Shown here in pieces: positions 1-12,450 of a stretch of DNA of 64,000 bases. A program made the position numbers and the translations under genes. The stretch comes from Octopus sinensis (Eukaryota): assembly GCF_006345805.1 (NCBI RefSeq), contig NC_043000.1, positions 69,192,001 through 69,256,000 of the forward strand. The letters run 5' to 3'. How positions within the stretch are numbered: the stretch's first letter is position 1; the number at the start of each line of letters is the position of its first letter. The notes beneath the pieces are model-generated. The model saw nothing but the letters and a program-made list of their open reading frames with translations, was not told the DNA's origin and did no database searches.

Positions 1-2010
1 GGATTTTTCTTTGTCTATTTCTTTTGCGTTTAGTTTAGTCCAGTATTTACCATGAAGGGGCTTTTCTTGCCATCGTTTTATCATGGTTCGTTGCTGTTCT
101 ATTTTTAGTTTGGATTTCATTTGTTTTATAGCTTTTGTTGTTTCTTCATCTTCTTCTTCTTCTTCTTCATGTTTATTAGGTGGTATGATTTCTTGTTTGT
201 ATTTGTCAGCTTCCTTAAATACTGAGAACAGTTTTTTGTTTTGCTCGTGTTTTGCCGCTATCTGGATCAGTTTTCCTTCCTTCTGAAGTAGATATTTTTG
301 CAGTCCTATGGTGGTTATTTTATAGTAGTTTTCCAGCTGTATAAGGCCTGTACCACCTTCTATACGTTGTATATATAGTCTTTCTATGTCAGATTTTGGG
401 TGATGCATCCTAGATCCTGTCATTATTTTTCTTGTTTTCCTATCTATTTTGGACAGTTCATTTCGTGTCCAGTTAAGGATATTGTAGCTGTAACTTATAA
501 CTGGGACAGCTAAAGTGTTGATACCTATTATCTTGTTTTTAGCATTGAGCTCTGTTTTTAGTATTGATCTAACTCGTCTATAATATTCTTTTTTTATTTT
601 CTCTTTCATTTGTGTGTGTTGTGTCTTATCTAGTTCATGGATTCCTAAGTATTTGTAAGTTTGGCTTTGGTCTAATTCTTTTATTTCATTGGTTTTATCT
701 AGTGTGATGTTGTTACTCTTAACTAGTTTTCCTCTTTTCATGGTTACTTTGGCGCATTTTTCTAATCCAAATTTCATATCTATTTCTTTGGTAAATCCAT
801 GAACTGTCTTTAATAGTGTTTCCAGCTGTTTGTCATTTGCAGCGTATAGTTTTAGGTCATCCATATATAAAAGGTGGCTGATCGTTTTGCCGTAACATTT
901 ATATCCGCATCCAGTTCTATTTAGTATATCAGATAGAGGTGACAGTACCAAGCAGAAAAGGAGTGGAGAGAGCGTGTCTCCCTGGAATATTCCTCTTCTA
1001 ATGGGGATGTCTTTGGTTTTCATGAGTCCCTCTTTTGTTTGGAGGTGTAGCACTGTTTGCCATTTATTCATAGAGTGCTCTATGAATTTTATGATTGTTG
1101 GTGCTACTTTGTTAATGGCTAGTGTTTCGAGGATCCGTGTGTGGGGGATGCTATCAAACGCCTTTTTGTAGTCAATCCAGGCCATACTGAGGCCTTTCTT
1201 CTTTCTGTGGCTGTCTTCAGTTATGGCTTTATTAATCATTAGTTGATCTTTACAGCCATATGAGCCTTTGCGGCATCCTTTCTGCTCTTCTGGGAACAGT
1301 TTGTTTTCGTCCAGGTGCTTGTTCAGCCTTTGCGATATCACTGCAGTAAATGCCTTGAACATAGTAGGGAGGCAGGTTATTGGTCTGTAGTTTTCTGGTT
1401 TTGCTGTTTCATTTGATTTGGGAATTAAGATGGTTTTCCCCTTCGTGAGCCATTCAGGCATTGTCTCTGGCTCTGCTAGTATGTTGTTAAAGCTTTCAGC
1501 CAGCTTTTTGTGCATTCCTGTTAGATATTTCAACCAGAAGTTGGGGATCTTGTCATGCCCAGGTGCCTTCCAGTTGCTTAGTCTTTGCAGTGCCTGGGTG
1601 ACCTCTTCAGTTGTTATGGGGGTCCAAAGTTGTTCGGATGCCGAGTTTGTTATTTTGATACTCCTTTTTTTTGGCTGTTCGTTCGCCGACCATATTTCTC
1701 TCCAGAATTCTTCCAATTCTTCTGCCGTTGGTGCTGCAGTGGCTTCTATTTTATTTTTGCCCAGTTCTTGGTAGAACTTTCTGGGGTTGGAGTTGAACTT
1801 TTCGTTTTGTTCAAAGAAGCGTTGGCGTTTCTCGTACCGGCGGATCCTTTGAGCTTTGGCAAGGATATCTTGCTTCAGCTTTTCTTTTATCTCCGGCAAA
1901 TCTTTTTCTGTGATGTTATATTTGCGGAGTATTTTTGTTCTCTTTTTGTTGCTCAGTAGCGTTGCTTGTTTGCTGATTTCATTAAGAATCGACAGGTCTT
2001 TTCTAATTTT
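1..2010 (-). pseudogene. Reverse-transcriptase reading frame of the R4/Dong element (~670 codons, apparently open, missed by the ORF track)
   Basis: Same frame checked at the TAA (2011-2013), at YMDD (ATG at 864) and at the window edge (EIDKEKS). Upstream lesions are that stop and a frameshift in the T-run near 2157. Confidence 0.85.
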
Positions 2011-2817
2011 TTAAATTTTGTTTTGGATGTTATTTATCCACAGGGTTTGTTTGGGTGGTGGTACTCCTGTTTGGGCGGGTTTGGGTGAGTATCCAGCTTC
2101 TTTTGTGGCTGCAGTGGCTGCTGCGTATATTAAGTCATTTAGCTCAGTGATATCACTTTTTTTTTGTTTCAGTGGCTATTAGTTCAGTGACGGCTAGGTT
2201 TATGCTGTTTATAATTGGTGTTGTTATTTCGTTTATTTTTATTCTTGGGAGGTATGGTCGGTGGTCCATTTTGAGCTCTGTGGTTTTCAGTTCTTTGATT
2301 ATTTTATTTTTTATATTATCATAATCATTAGGCTCCCCTCCGTTGTTTACATCGTGTTTGTTGGGAATGTTGCGTTTGTCTTCGTGTTTTACAGTTTCAG
2401 TGTTTATATTATTGGGCATTGTTGTGCGGCTTCTATCTACATTTTCCTGGTGTATTTTTTCTTTTAAATGTTCTATTTCTATTTCTGATATTTTTTTGGC
2501 TTTGATAATGTATCTTCGTACGTTAGCTAATTTATTAGGGTTCATTGCTGTATCCTAGTCTATATCTCTATTATTTTCCTTCCATATTTTATATGTATGT
2601 GTTGTTGTATTTTCATTTTTTGGGTAGAGCACTGCTGTGAAGTATGCGTGTAAGATAGAAATGTATTCCTCACGTGTCTATTTACGTCTTTTGGGTTTTA
2701 TTTGCGGGACATGAGGTACAACGTCCGGCCCATTATTTTGACGGTCGTCATTTTCGTAGGGTACCGGTCCGTTTATTTCTGTTGTCACATTATTTCGCAC
2801 GTGTAGATTTTCGTACA

Positions 2818-2820
<3 letters not shown>
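1..2820 (-). mobile_element. R4/Dong-clade non-LTR retrotransposon, 5'-truncated, runs off the window start
   Basis: Manual minus-strand translation gives RT motifs NYRPITCL, EQKGCRKGSYGCKDQL, WIDYKKAFDS, GIFQGDTLSP and YMDD (856-867), then HHPKSDIERLY and WQEKPLHGKY. The N-terminal part (NKLANVRRYI, ORF 2153-2545) is homologous to the element at 39943-43907. Confidence 0.95.
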
Positions 2821-2885
<65 letters not shown>

Positions 2886-2920
2886 TATTATTATTATTAT
2901 TATATATTATTATTATTATA

Positions 2921-2952
<32 letters not shown>
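2821..2952. repeat. (TTA)n microsatellite, slightly interrupted
   Basis: Direct reading. Confidence 0.95.
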
Positions 2953-2953
<1 letters not shown>

Positions 2954-3099
2954 GTACAAAACCAAATATATGGCACCCTAGGCATAACACCAACACGAAC
3001 TTCCAACTTGTTGTCTCTTGAGGTCTCTGGGTGAGACTTGGAGCCAGCTTGTGCAAATGTAAAGCAATAATAATAATAATAATAATAATGATAATAATA

Positions 3100-3146
<47 letters not shown>
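2953..3146 (+). mobile_element. 3' UTR remnant of an R4/Dong-like LINE with (TAA)n tail
   Basis: Hairpin AGGTCTC-TGGGT-GAGACTT followed by (TAA)n at 3068-3146; same architecture as the other R4 3' ends in the window. Confidence 0.55.
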
Positions 3147-3148
<2 letters not shown>

Positions 3149-3315
3149 CAACAACATCGGAAAATACCTTAGGAATGAGAACCCAGGTTCGAAATTTCCC
3201 TAAGACACCTGATGAAGACTAGAGGGTATATCAGCCGAAACGTTGTGTTAACAACAAACAAGATGAAGACAAATATCTGTCAAATGTAAAAATGTAAATA
3301 ATGTACAATTCCCCA
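3147..3315 (+). mobile_element. Penelope-like terminal-repeat fragment carrying a minimal hammerhead
   Basis: Contains CTGATGA...GAAAC-GTT with flanking stem I. Minimal hammerheads are a known feature of Penelope-like element repeats. Confidence 0.55.
3204..3249 (+). ncRNA. Minimal type I hammerhead ribozyme motif (degenerate stem II)
   Basis: GACAC-CTGATGA-A-GACTA-gagggtatat-CAGCC-GAAAC-GTT-GTGTT. Stem I is GACAC/GTGTT, the core is intact, a palindromic ACGT replaces stem III, and the cleavage triplet is GUU. Confidence 0.7.
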
Positions 3316-4329
3316 TCTCTTAAATATAGAACTGAAAGATAAATCTTTATTCGTATATTTTTCTATTGCATATAGTATATTTTCTTTGCATATGTCTTTG
3401 GTTGCTGGAAGTCTAACTCTATTAGGATCAATCTAGGTTTACTCGATACTGCAACTGTATAGTTGAGAACAAAAAATCCATTTAGTCAATATTCACTGTT
3501 TCTGTAGACCGAATGTTTTGCAGGCTCCTGTTACATTCTATTTATTTTTCGTGGAGCCATTTGTTAATGTGTAGCTTGAATGGAAGTTTACACTAATGGG
3601 AAGAGAACAACGACACCGTTCTCCATGCATTTCTTCAGTATCTGAAAATTGCTGATTGATAGAGTTATGTTGAACAGCTCCCAGTCTAGTTTACCATGAA
3701 AGTGGCTCTCCTTCCTTTTTTAAAGAAAGGCAAGCAATTTTTCCGTGTGGTGATAATACTGCAAAAGGTTGTGTGGTAGACACGTTTATGGGGGCTGAAG
3801 ACAGGCTGTTCACCTTCTGCCAATTCTGTTTTAGAAATTATGGCAAGAGCCTTTTGGGATACATATTTTGTATATATTCTAATATTTTTATCTCGTTTTT
3901 TTTTCTGCTCTCTATTTAAAACACTGTTTTTTAAAATTTGTCTTTATAATATCCCCATTTTGTCATCTTTGTAATCATAACACAAATCCTCTTTCTCCAT
4001 CCTTCTTCTCCAGTATCAATAAAATAAGTACTAGTCAAACATTAGTGTCTATATTATCAAGTGTTTCTGTCACTCTAAATTTCTAGCCTTGTTACGATGT
4101 TAGAAATATTCAATTTGCAGAATTGTCAAAACATTGGAAATATCTTCGCAGTATTTCTTTCGTTTCTTTTTTACTTTCTGAGCTCAAAAGTCAGCTTTAC
4201 CTCCCATCCTTCTAGTACTGGGTTCAATGTTGTCGAAGTAACTCTTTCCCTCAAAATTAGTAACTTTTCTAAATCAGAAATAATTATTATACAAAAGCTA
4301 TTACATGGCAATTAAATTAGTGGGTTGTT

Positions 4330-4750
4330 ATTCTGCGGTCTGACTGAGAGCAAACCTCAAATCTCAAGAATATTTCATAGGATTATTATAGAATACAAAA
4401 TGGTAGTTTTCTTGCAGTCAACAAAACATGTCTCAATTCCAATAGACAGCAGTTTGGGTGTTGCGCCAAGTACACCAGTTACCACAGGAACAATTTTCAC
4501 ATTTATCTTTCACAGCCTCTTTATCTCTCTGGCTAGGCTCTAATATTTTGTCAACTTCAGTTTATCTGATCTCCACTTTTCTACCATACGGGATTGCAAA
4601 GTCAATGAACTTACACTGTTTTTCTTGTCTTCCGCGATCATATCTGATCTCCTTGCTCAAATAGTATATTCATTCTCTATGGAGAAATATTCTGGCTCGT
4701 GTTCACACCACTTTAACATCACTTTAAATCTACAAACCTGGCGAACATTC
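4330..4750 (-). mobile_element. Degraded 3' end (restriction-like endonuclease) of an R4-type LINE
   Basis: Fragments KWCEHEPE, CKFIDFAIPY and VKIVPVVTGVLGATPK, with frameshifts. Confidence 0.8.
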
Positions 4751-4759
4751 CAATACCTT

Positions 4760-4861
4760 CTTTACATGCACACACATACACACATACACACGCACACACA
4801 AACACACACATATACATACATGCATACACACGTGCGCATCCCCGCACGCACACGCATACAC

Positions 4862-4898
<37 letters not shown>

Positions 4899-5360
4899 CA
4901 TGCATATATACAAATGCTCACATATATGGTCAAAGATATTCCAGAGAGTCTCGTCTTCATTTGCGTCGGCAAGACTTATGTAGAAAAATCAATAAAATGT
5001 GTACGATGAACATGCTATGGGGAGTGGAAATAGACATTCTCAAGGAAACGAAGAGGACAACGTTTCATATTCGAACCTGACATCAAGTCACCGACGGTTC
5101 CTAAATCAATGTTTCTCAACCATTTCTCTTCTTCTTGGGTAATTCTGAGCGTTTCACATCCAAATTTTCTTCGAGATATGCTAGTCCAGCTATTTTGGGA
5201 TTGTGTGTGTGTGTGTGGGTCGTATGCCTGTATGCATGCATGCATGTATGCATGCATGTATGTATGTATGTATGTATGTATGTATGTAGTATGTATGTAT
5301 GTATGTATGTATGCATGCATGTATGTATGCATGTATGTGTTTGTGTGTGTGTGTAAGCGT
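4760..5360. repeat. (CA)n/(TA)n and (TATG)n/(TG)n microsatellites at 4760-4920 and 5200-5360
   Basis: Direct reading. Confidence 0.9.
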
Positions 5361-6589
5361 GCACGCGCACATTCCCACGTGTTCTGTAACCCCTCCCAAT
5401 GCCATACGTTTTGTATTGATTGTACGGGGCCTTGTGAGACAGAGTGGAATTATTAATATAATTATTATCTGTGCAATGGAGTGGCTGTGATAATGAAACA
5501 ATAGCCCCAGTGGCAAGCAAAGAATTGTGTTCAAGGTCGAGATCGTCTTTGTTTTAGTTTGTTACGTTTCTTTAGTCAGGAAGTTAACATATTTTTTGCA
5601 AATGTCAAGCCGAATTTTATAAATACTGAGAACACGTGCTTAAAGAAATTCTTATATTATTTTTTATTACTCAGACGCCGCTTTATTTACTTCCATTTAA
5701 TAAGCTAAAACTATTTCGAAAATATTTTTTTGACATCGGAATATTTTCTTTTTTTCTAAATACTATAATGGTATTTGAATACGATTAAATTTTAGCATTT
5801 GACGCTGATATTAAGATACTTAAATACAATTTAGTTACTTTCAAAGGTTCATTATGTAAAATTTCACGCTTATCTCTACTTTTTATCTTTACCATTTTCT
5901 TAATGTAAACAATTTGAGAAAATATTTGCCAGATTGTTTTCAATAAAATCGGTCTTATTTATATATATATTTTAAAACTTAACTTTAATACATAATTTTT
6001 AAGGTCAATAAAAAGTAGGATTACATATATGCCAAGCGTTTAATGAGAAACAGATTTTCTAAGGAAAAATACGTCGAAATTTAAATTGCGAAATGCCAAA
6101 ATGTCAGCAGTTTGAAATAGAAAATTGAACTTTTTTTGTGTGCTGCTAAATTCAGTTGAGATGAAATTTACGAATGATAAATTATTACTGAAAAGCACTA
6201 TAGATTATAGCCAATATGTTTTTACAGAGGATTCAGCCTTCTTAATCCATTTGTCAAGTTAATCTGGTTAGTGTTATGGATTTATAGTTTGAAATTATTA
6301 TAATTGTAAGGAAATTTGTTTCCTTTGTTTTATTACTTCATGTATTCTAAAGCTTTTCTAGTCGGATAACTTCTTTTTTAATGTCAATCTAAAACAATTA
6401 CTAATCTCAAAACATATAAATAATCCTTTCTGAACAATTCTCCTCCTTTTACTGTTGTTTATTTAAACTAAATCCATTTTACAATTATTGCATTCGGCAA
6501 AATGTTAAACTTAAATGTTATTTCAAATAATTTCAGACCGCATCGGAAAACTCATCTGTCTAACTGGTACAAAATTGCTCCAGTTTCTT

Positions 6590-6850
6590 CCCACTACACA
6601 TGTTATTGGTTTTGCATTTTCTGTCGTAACTCCAGTGTTCTCTGCACTTCGTTGCAGCCTGGTCTCATGCCACCTCCACTCATACACTATAAAAATTTTC
6701 AACTTTCCGCGTATCGTCACCCATATTGTATCCTTCTTCATACATCAAACTAACCACTATATCTAGTCTTATCTTACTATAACGTCAACCACCTTTGAAA
6801 TTCTCTCGTTATTCATGCTTTCCTGGCATCTGCTACTACATTGATACTGC
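6590..6850 (+). mobile_element. CR1/L2-type LINE 3' remnant
   Basis: GLMPPPLIH...LSAYRHPYC resembles the post-RT C-terminus of CR1/L2-group LINEs; contains stops. Confidence 0.55.
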
Positions 6851-6942
6851 TTGTCTCGTGGGTCCTATTTGGTGACGGACACAAACTCTTCCACCAGACA
6901 AAGCCAATATAAACTGACATTTATATTTTAGATTATCGATAT

Positions 6943-7716
6943 TTTAGATATTTAAAACTATTTAAGGTTTTCTCCTCTTTAAATAAAACTTCAGAATATG
7001 TTAAAGTTGCATTAAATGAGTGGTTAAAAAAATCTTGCAAGGTAACGAAATAGTTCTGTTGGATACTCTGAATATATATATAAATACATGCATACATACA
7101 TACATAATACATACATACATACATACATACATACATACATACATACATACATACATACATACATGCATACATACATACATATATACATACATATATATAT
7201 ATCTAACATTTTAGAAGACTCCGCCGGTTACGACGACGAGGGTCCCAGCTGATACGATCAACGGAACAGCTTGCTCGTGAAATTAACGTGCAAATGGCTG
7301 AGCATTCCACAGACACGTGTACCCTTAACGTAGTTCTCGGGGATAATCAGCGTGACACAGAGAGTGACAAGGCTGACCCTTTGAAATACAAGTACAACTC
7401 ATTTTTGCCAGCTGAGTGGACTGGAGCAACGTGAAATAAAGTGTCTTGCTCAAGGACACAACGCGTCGCCGGGAATCGAACTCACAACCTTACGACCATG
7501 AGCCGAATGCCCTAACCACTAAGCCACGCGCCCTCACAATTTAGATATTTAAAACTATTTAAGGTTTTCTCCTCTTTAAATAAAACTTCAGAATATGTTA
7601 AAGTTGCATTAAATGAGTGGTTAAAAAAATCTTGCAAGGTAACGAAATAGTTCTGTTGGATACTCTGAATATATATATAAATACATGCATACATACATAC
7701 ATAATACATACATACA

Positions 7717-7747
<31 letters not shown>

Positions 7748-7753
7748 CTAACA
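6943..7753. repeat. Direct repeat 6943-7209 / 7540-7753 flanking the SINE
   Basis: About 150 bp of unique sequence is identical, followed by a (CATA)n tract of different length; both copies end ATCTAACAT. Confidence 0.9.
7214..7539 (-). mobile_element. tRNA-derived SINE (family C), full length, young
   Basis: Minus strand starts TGTGAGGGCGCGTGGCTTAGTGG (A box) and has GAGTTCGATTCCC (B box), then a GTGTCCTTGAGCAAGACACT core-like domain. A second copy lies at 16300-16606. Confidence 0.9.
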
Positions 7754-7789
7754 TACATACATACATACATACATACATACATACATACA

Positions 7790-7823
<34 letters not shown>

Positions 7824-7829
7824 ATAATT

Positions 7830-8045
7830 ATTATTATTTGAGGGAATAACATCCAAAACTTACAAGGAAAAAAATCAATTTAGAAATACTAAATCAAATT
7901 TCACACAATATAATATATATATAAAAAATTAGAAAAAACCCACCTTTTATCAATTCAAAATGAACAATAAAATTACACCATCTAGAAAATTACATATAAA
8001 AGAAATATTAAAATTAAAATAACAATAAAATGTCAATGATTAAGT
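7830..8045. repeat. AT-rich interspersed repeat, possibly a Penelope-like terminal repeat
   Basis: Recalled similarity to a common cephalopod repeat; no coding evidence. Confidence 0.3.
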
Positions 8046-8114
8046 AAATTGCAAAAAAATAATAATAAAAACGTATATAATTTGTATATATATGTATGTA
8101 TTATATATTACTTT

Positions 8115-8563
8115 AGGCGCTGGCGTGGCTGTGTGGTAAGAAGTTTCCTTCCCAGCCACATGGTTCTGGGTCAGTCCTACACCATGACACTTGGGCAGGT
8201 GTCTATTATTATAGCCCCGGGCCTGGTAGACGAAAACTGAAGGAACCTCGTCGTATGTATATGTTTGTGTGTGTGTGTGCCTGTGTACCTGTATGTGTGT
8301 GTGTGTGTGTGTGCGTGTGTACCTGTATGTGTGTGTGTATGTGTGTATCTATCTGTGTGTGCGCGCTTGTGTTTGTCCCCCACCACTGTTTGACAGTCGC
8401 TGTTGGTTTATGTATGTCCCCGAAACTTGGCGGTTCGGCAAAAGAGGCCGATAGAATTAGTGACAGGCTTAAACAAAATAATGACCGGGGTTGATTCGTT
8501 CGACTAAAACTCTTCAAGACGGTGCTCCAACATGGTCGCAATCAATGACTGAAATAAGTAAAA
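8115..8563 (+). mobile_element. tRNA-derived SINE (family A) with internal (TG)n microsatellite
   Basis: Head GGCGCTGGCGTGGCTGTGTGGTAAGAAG, internal microsatellite, tail GGTTCGGCAAAAGAG...TCGACTAAAA...GACTGAAA. Homologues at 11370, 17758, 18635, 22028 and 55350. Confidence 0.9.
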
Positions 8564-9134
8564 CGCAAGAGACAGTATACGATAGCTTCCTCGATAACAA
8601 GCTTCTAATGGACCAGTTGTTGTTTTCTGCATATCTGACAGCAAGAATGATAAAGAGGAGTCACCGGCTTTTCCTGTTTTCACTGATGCTTATATCTTTC
8701 GCCGAAGTACATCAGCGAAAGACATATACGCTCATGTAGACATAGCCGAGTGGCTTATAAACTCGCATCGCAATCATCAAGTACTCGATACGATTCAGTT
8801 GCTAGACGTTATGGCAAAGTCTCTTTCACCATAACCTCAACTCAGTCCAATTTTTTTGAATGAAATTGGGTAAACGGAACTTACAGGACCCTGCTGTAGT
8901 TCAAAGGCCTACTCTTGTTACCATTGTCATATAGAATTTGTCTGAGGATTATGTGAAGGTTACAAGTGTTTGTGGAATCCATTGCTACTTATAATGTAAT
9001 TCAACGAGATAATTCAAGTGATTGAACAATTGGAATATTCAGTATAGAAACGGTAGAGATCCATTATTAGACTACTGGGTACATCCACGTTTTAAGTATT
9101 GGCATCTCTTTGACTACATCATCACTGGTCACAG

Positions 9135-11308
9135 AATCAAGACAGTAATAAAAACAGACGACAGTTGACGGTCCACAAACTCCTTATTAGACGACTCAGA
9201 ATTTCTGTTTGTTAAGCCACTAGTTAAAGTAACAGCCAAAGGTTGATACGTTAAGACTCCAAGAATACATCAAAGACCAGCTGGCAAACAGCCCCGATAA
9301 CACCAAAACCACCAAGGAAGAGTGAACAACAATCCGAAACACATTAAAGAAGCTGCTGAGAACACCATTGGCTTAACGAAAAGGAAGAGCCATATGAAAA
9401 CAACTAAGAGGTTTCAAAATTCATCAACGCTAAGAGATGCTTGCCTATCCCTTAAACAAGACCCAACTTTAAGCATGAGCTAAAACACTTCCAAGACCTC
9501 AATCGAGTATGTCAAACCCATATCACAGAGATTCAAAATAGCTGATAGACAGAGACGCCTACTAAGCTTCAGAGATATATACTCCAGAGATATATACTTT
9601 AGAAATTTCTACGCCTGTATTAAAGAACTATACCGTCCAAACCGAACTACAACAGTTACTTTGAAGACTGCCAACATCACCAATATTCTCACCGACAGCC
9701 ACAGTTACTTGAACTGCTGAAAGGAACAATTCAGTGTTCTTCTACATAAGAATTCCACTGCAGCGGAGGGTTTTATTAAAATAGTGCCTCTGCATCATCC
9801 AATTCTTCGTGAATTCAGAAATACTGTCAATAAGATGAGACTAAGGAAGCCATCTGATTTAGACATGTCTCTAGTACTCAACCAAAATGGCAGTCAATCT
9901 TTAGGAGCAAGGTTAGCAAACCCCATTCTGAGAATGTGGGAAATTTGAAGAATGCCATCGTACTTACAGTTTTTAAGAAAGGGGATAGCCGGATTCGTAG
10001 ACTACCGTGGTATATTCCCCTTTCCATCTTAGGGAAAACTCTACCAGAATACTGCTGAACTGTCTCCTAGTTATCTTACAGAAACTGTTACCCGAATCTC
10101 TGTAAGGGTTTCGAAGCTCTATATATTTGAGATGATATTGTATACAAGAAAGTTACAGGAAAAATACAAAGGACAATAGAAACTTCTCTAGCTGACAGAA
10201 TGGGTGATATGCCAAGTTAACACGTCAGAAGATTTTCTGATCACCTACTGGTTAAAACAGAGATGCGTACTTTCTCTAATCTCGTTCTCTCTGTACCTTA
10301 CAGCCATGCTCTACGAAATTCCACCTTAAACCTTGGTAGACGAATCAAGTGTCCCTTTGATGGTGGACTCAAGAATCTGTCGAGATTTCGATCATAAAAC
10401 CTGACCAACAGAACTCTTGTCACTAATCTGCAGTATGCTGGTAACAATACCTCGCCAGCTCATTCATCTGAAAAATACAGGAATCGGTCAACAACTTCAA
10501 AAATACGCATGATAGTTTCAGTCAGACAATCAAAATTCAGAAGACCAAAATACCTGCACAAACTTCTCCGAACTCAGGTCTTCCAGATTCCAACATCAAC
10601 ATTTTCAACATATCACCTGAACAAGTAGATATATTCTCTTACATTGGAAGCAACCTCTCCACATATTATGACTTGAGCAAGATATCGAGAACAGGATCTG
10701 AAATCTCCATGTCGCTTTTGGAAAACTCTTTCAGAGTGTCTTCGGAAACAAGAGCCAAAAGATTCAGACAGAGCTCATAGTATATCACACTGTGTTTGTT
10801 TCCATCTTACTCTGTGCTTGTGAGACGTGAACTTTGTGCCGCTGGGACATACTAAAACTCGAACGGTTTCGTCAGATATAAATATCAAATGAGATTGCAA
10901 TGTAGATAATCTTGCAGTCCTTGAATGATTCAAAGCCAACAGCATTGAGACCATCATCCTCAAACAACGTCTTAAATGGACAGGTTGTATACACCGTATG
11001 ATTGGCATCAAACTGCCACATCAAATTCTTCACAGCGAATTTGGAACCGGCAGGAGATAATGCAGCAGCACGATCCGACGCTACAAAGACCAACTGAAAC
11101 AGACGATTAACAGCGCCAACGTCAATCCTAGATACTGAAACCAACACACATAGGATAGAACAACGCGGCGTGAAGCCATCAAGATTAACGGGGGACACAT
11201 TGAAGAACATCCTTAAAGAAGGGAAGAGGATAAACAACTACGACGAGAAACCTGACAACAACTGCAACGAAGGCCTCCACCGACCATCATATGCGACCTA
11301 TGTGGTCA

Positions 11309-11310
<2 letters not shown>
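9135..11310 (+). mobile_element. Heavily degraded RTE-clade LINE (RT and 3' end)
   Basis: Remnants of GD..C.NYRGISLLS (~9985), LQYA (~10430), LRWTG and terminal PTIICDLCG; many stops and frameshifts. Confidence 0.75.
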
Positions 11311-11348
<38 letters not shown>

Positions 11349-11369
11349 GTATTATGTGCGTGACACCTC

Positions 11370-11417
11370 TGGTAGGTATCTTGTGAGTGGATTTGGAAAC
11401 TGAAAGAAGCCTGTCGC

Positions 11418-11455
<38 letters not shown>

Positions 11456-11690
11456 CTATATATGTGTGTGTATATATGTGTGTATGTGTCTTTGTGTTCG
11501 TCCCTCACTACTACTTGACAACTGGTGTTAGCTTATCTACCTCCCCGTAAACTAGCAGTTCAGCGAAAAGAAGCCGATAGAAGTACCAGACTCTAAAAAA
11601 GAGGTGACTGGAAGCAATTTGTTTAGCTAAACACTTCAAGGAGGTGCCCCAACATCCTGTCTGAAACAAGTAAAAGATAGAAGATATTCA
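11370..11690 (+). mobile_element. SINE family A, 5'-truncated
   Basis: TTGTGAGTGGATTTGG...AACTGAAAGAAGCC, internal microsatellite and family tail. Confidence 0.8.
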
Positions 11691-12450
11691 CACATCAAAT
11701 GCAGTTCTTTTTTATACCCTTTGTGCGTATGTGTGTGTGCGCGCGCGATCGCACGCACGTGTACAGAATTAATGCAATTGTTTCTGAATGCAATTTGCTG
11801 TGAGAAATATTATGAACATCAATAGAATTAAATTTGAATTCGTAAGTAGCCCTCGTTTTATTTATGGCATATTAAAGGATTTTATATTTACGTTAACGCC
11901 CTCTTTAACCGAGCAGAGCGTCAAAATAATTTCTTTCCTGAAACTATCCGACGTATTTGCACAACAAATGGTAGCGTTTTCAGCATTCTTCATATTGCTC
12001 ATATTTGGGTGAGAAGAAGATTTTAGCATAGATTATTAGGGCGATATCACTTCATAAACAAAAACGTTTCAAACATTCCTTCAGAAGAATTTGGAATTGA
12101 ACGTAGCTTTATGATAGAATATGAAATATTCTTTTTAAATAAATGTAAATATGTAGTTGTGATGAAAAAAGAATTCTTAGAGATAAGAGGTTGCATATGT
12201 ATTTAATTACTATTTCGTAACCGCTTTCCATTGCTTAGAGCCATGATTTTAAAGAGAAGCTGATATGTGCATTATTCCTAAACCTGTTTCTTGAAAAGGA
12301 GACTCATAACTGGACATTTAAAGTTTGTAATTCAAGTCCTCAACACAGTAAAGTATATAATTTCTCTGTAAGACTAGAATGATGCTTGATCCAAAAAGCG
12401 ATTAACGCATACATAACCTATATGTATTATGTTTGCACATACAGATGTAT

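Noticed and set aside
3350-3950. Protein-like minus-strand stretch
   Set aside because: Multiple stops and no recognisable motif; left unassigned.
7460-7539. tRNA gene (A/B boxes; also other SINE heads)
   Set aside because: No complete cloverleaf; continues directly into SINE body sequence repeated elsewhere.
11984-12008. 25-nt micro-exon (AFFILLIFG) between TTTCAG and GTGAGA
   Set aside because: Weak pyrimidine tract and no consistent neighbouring exon; expected by chance.
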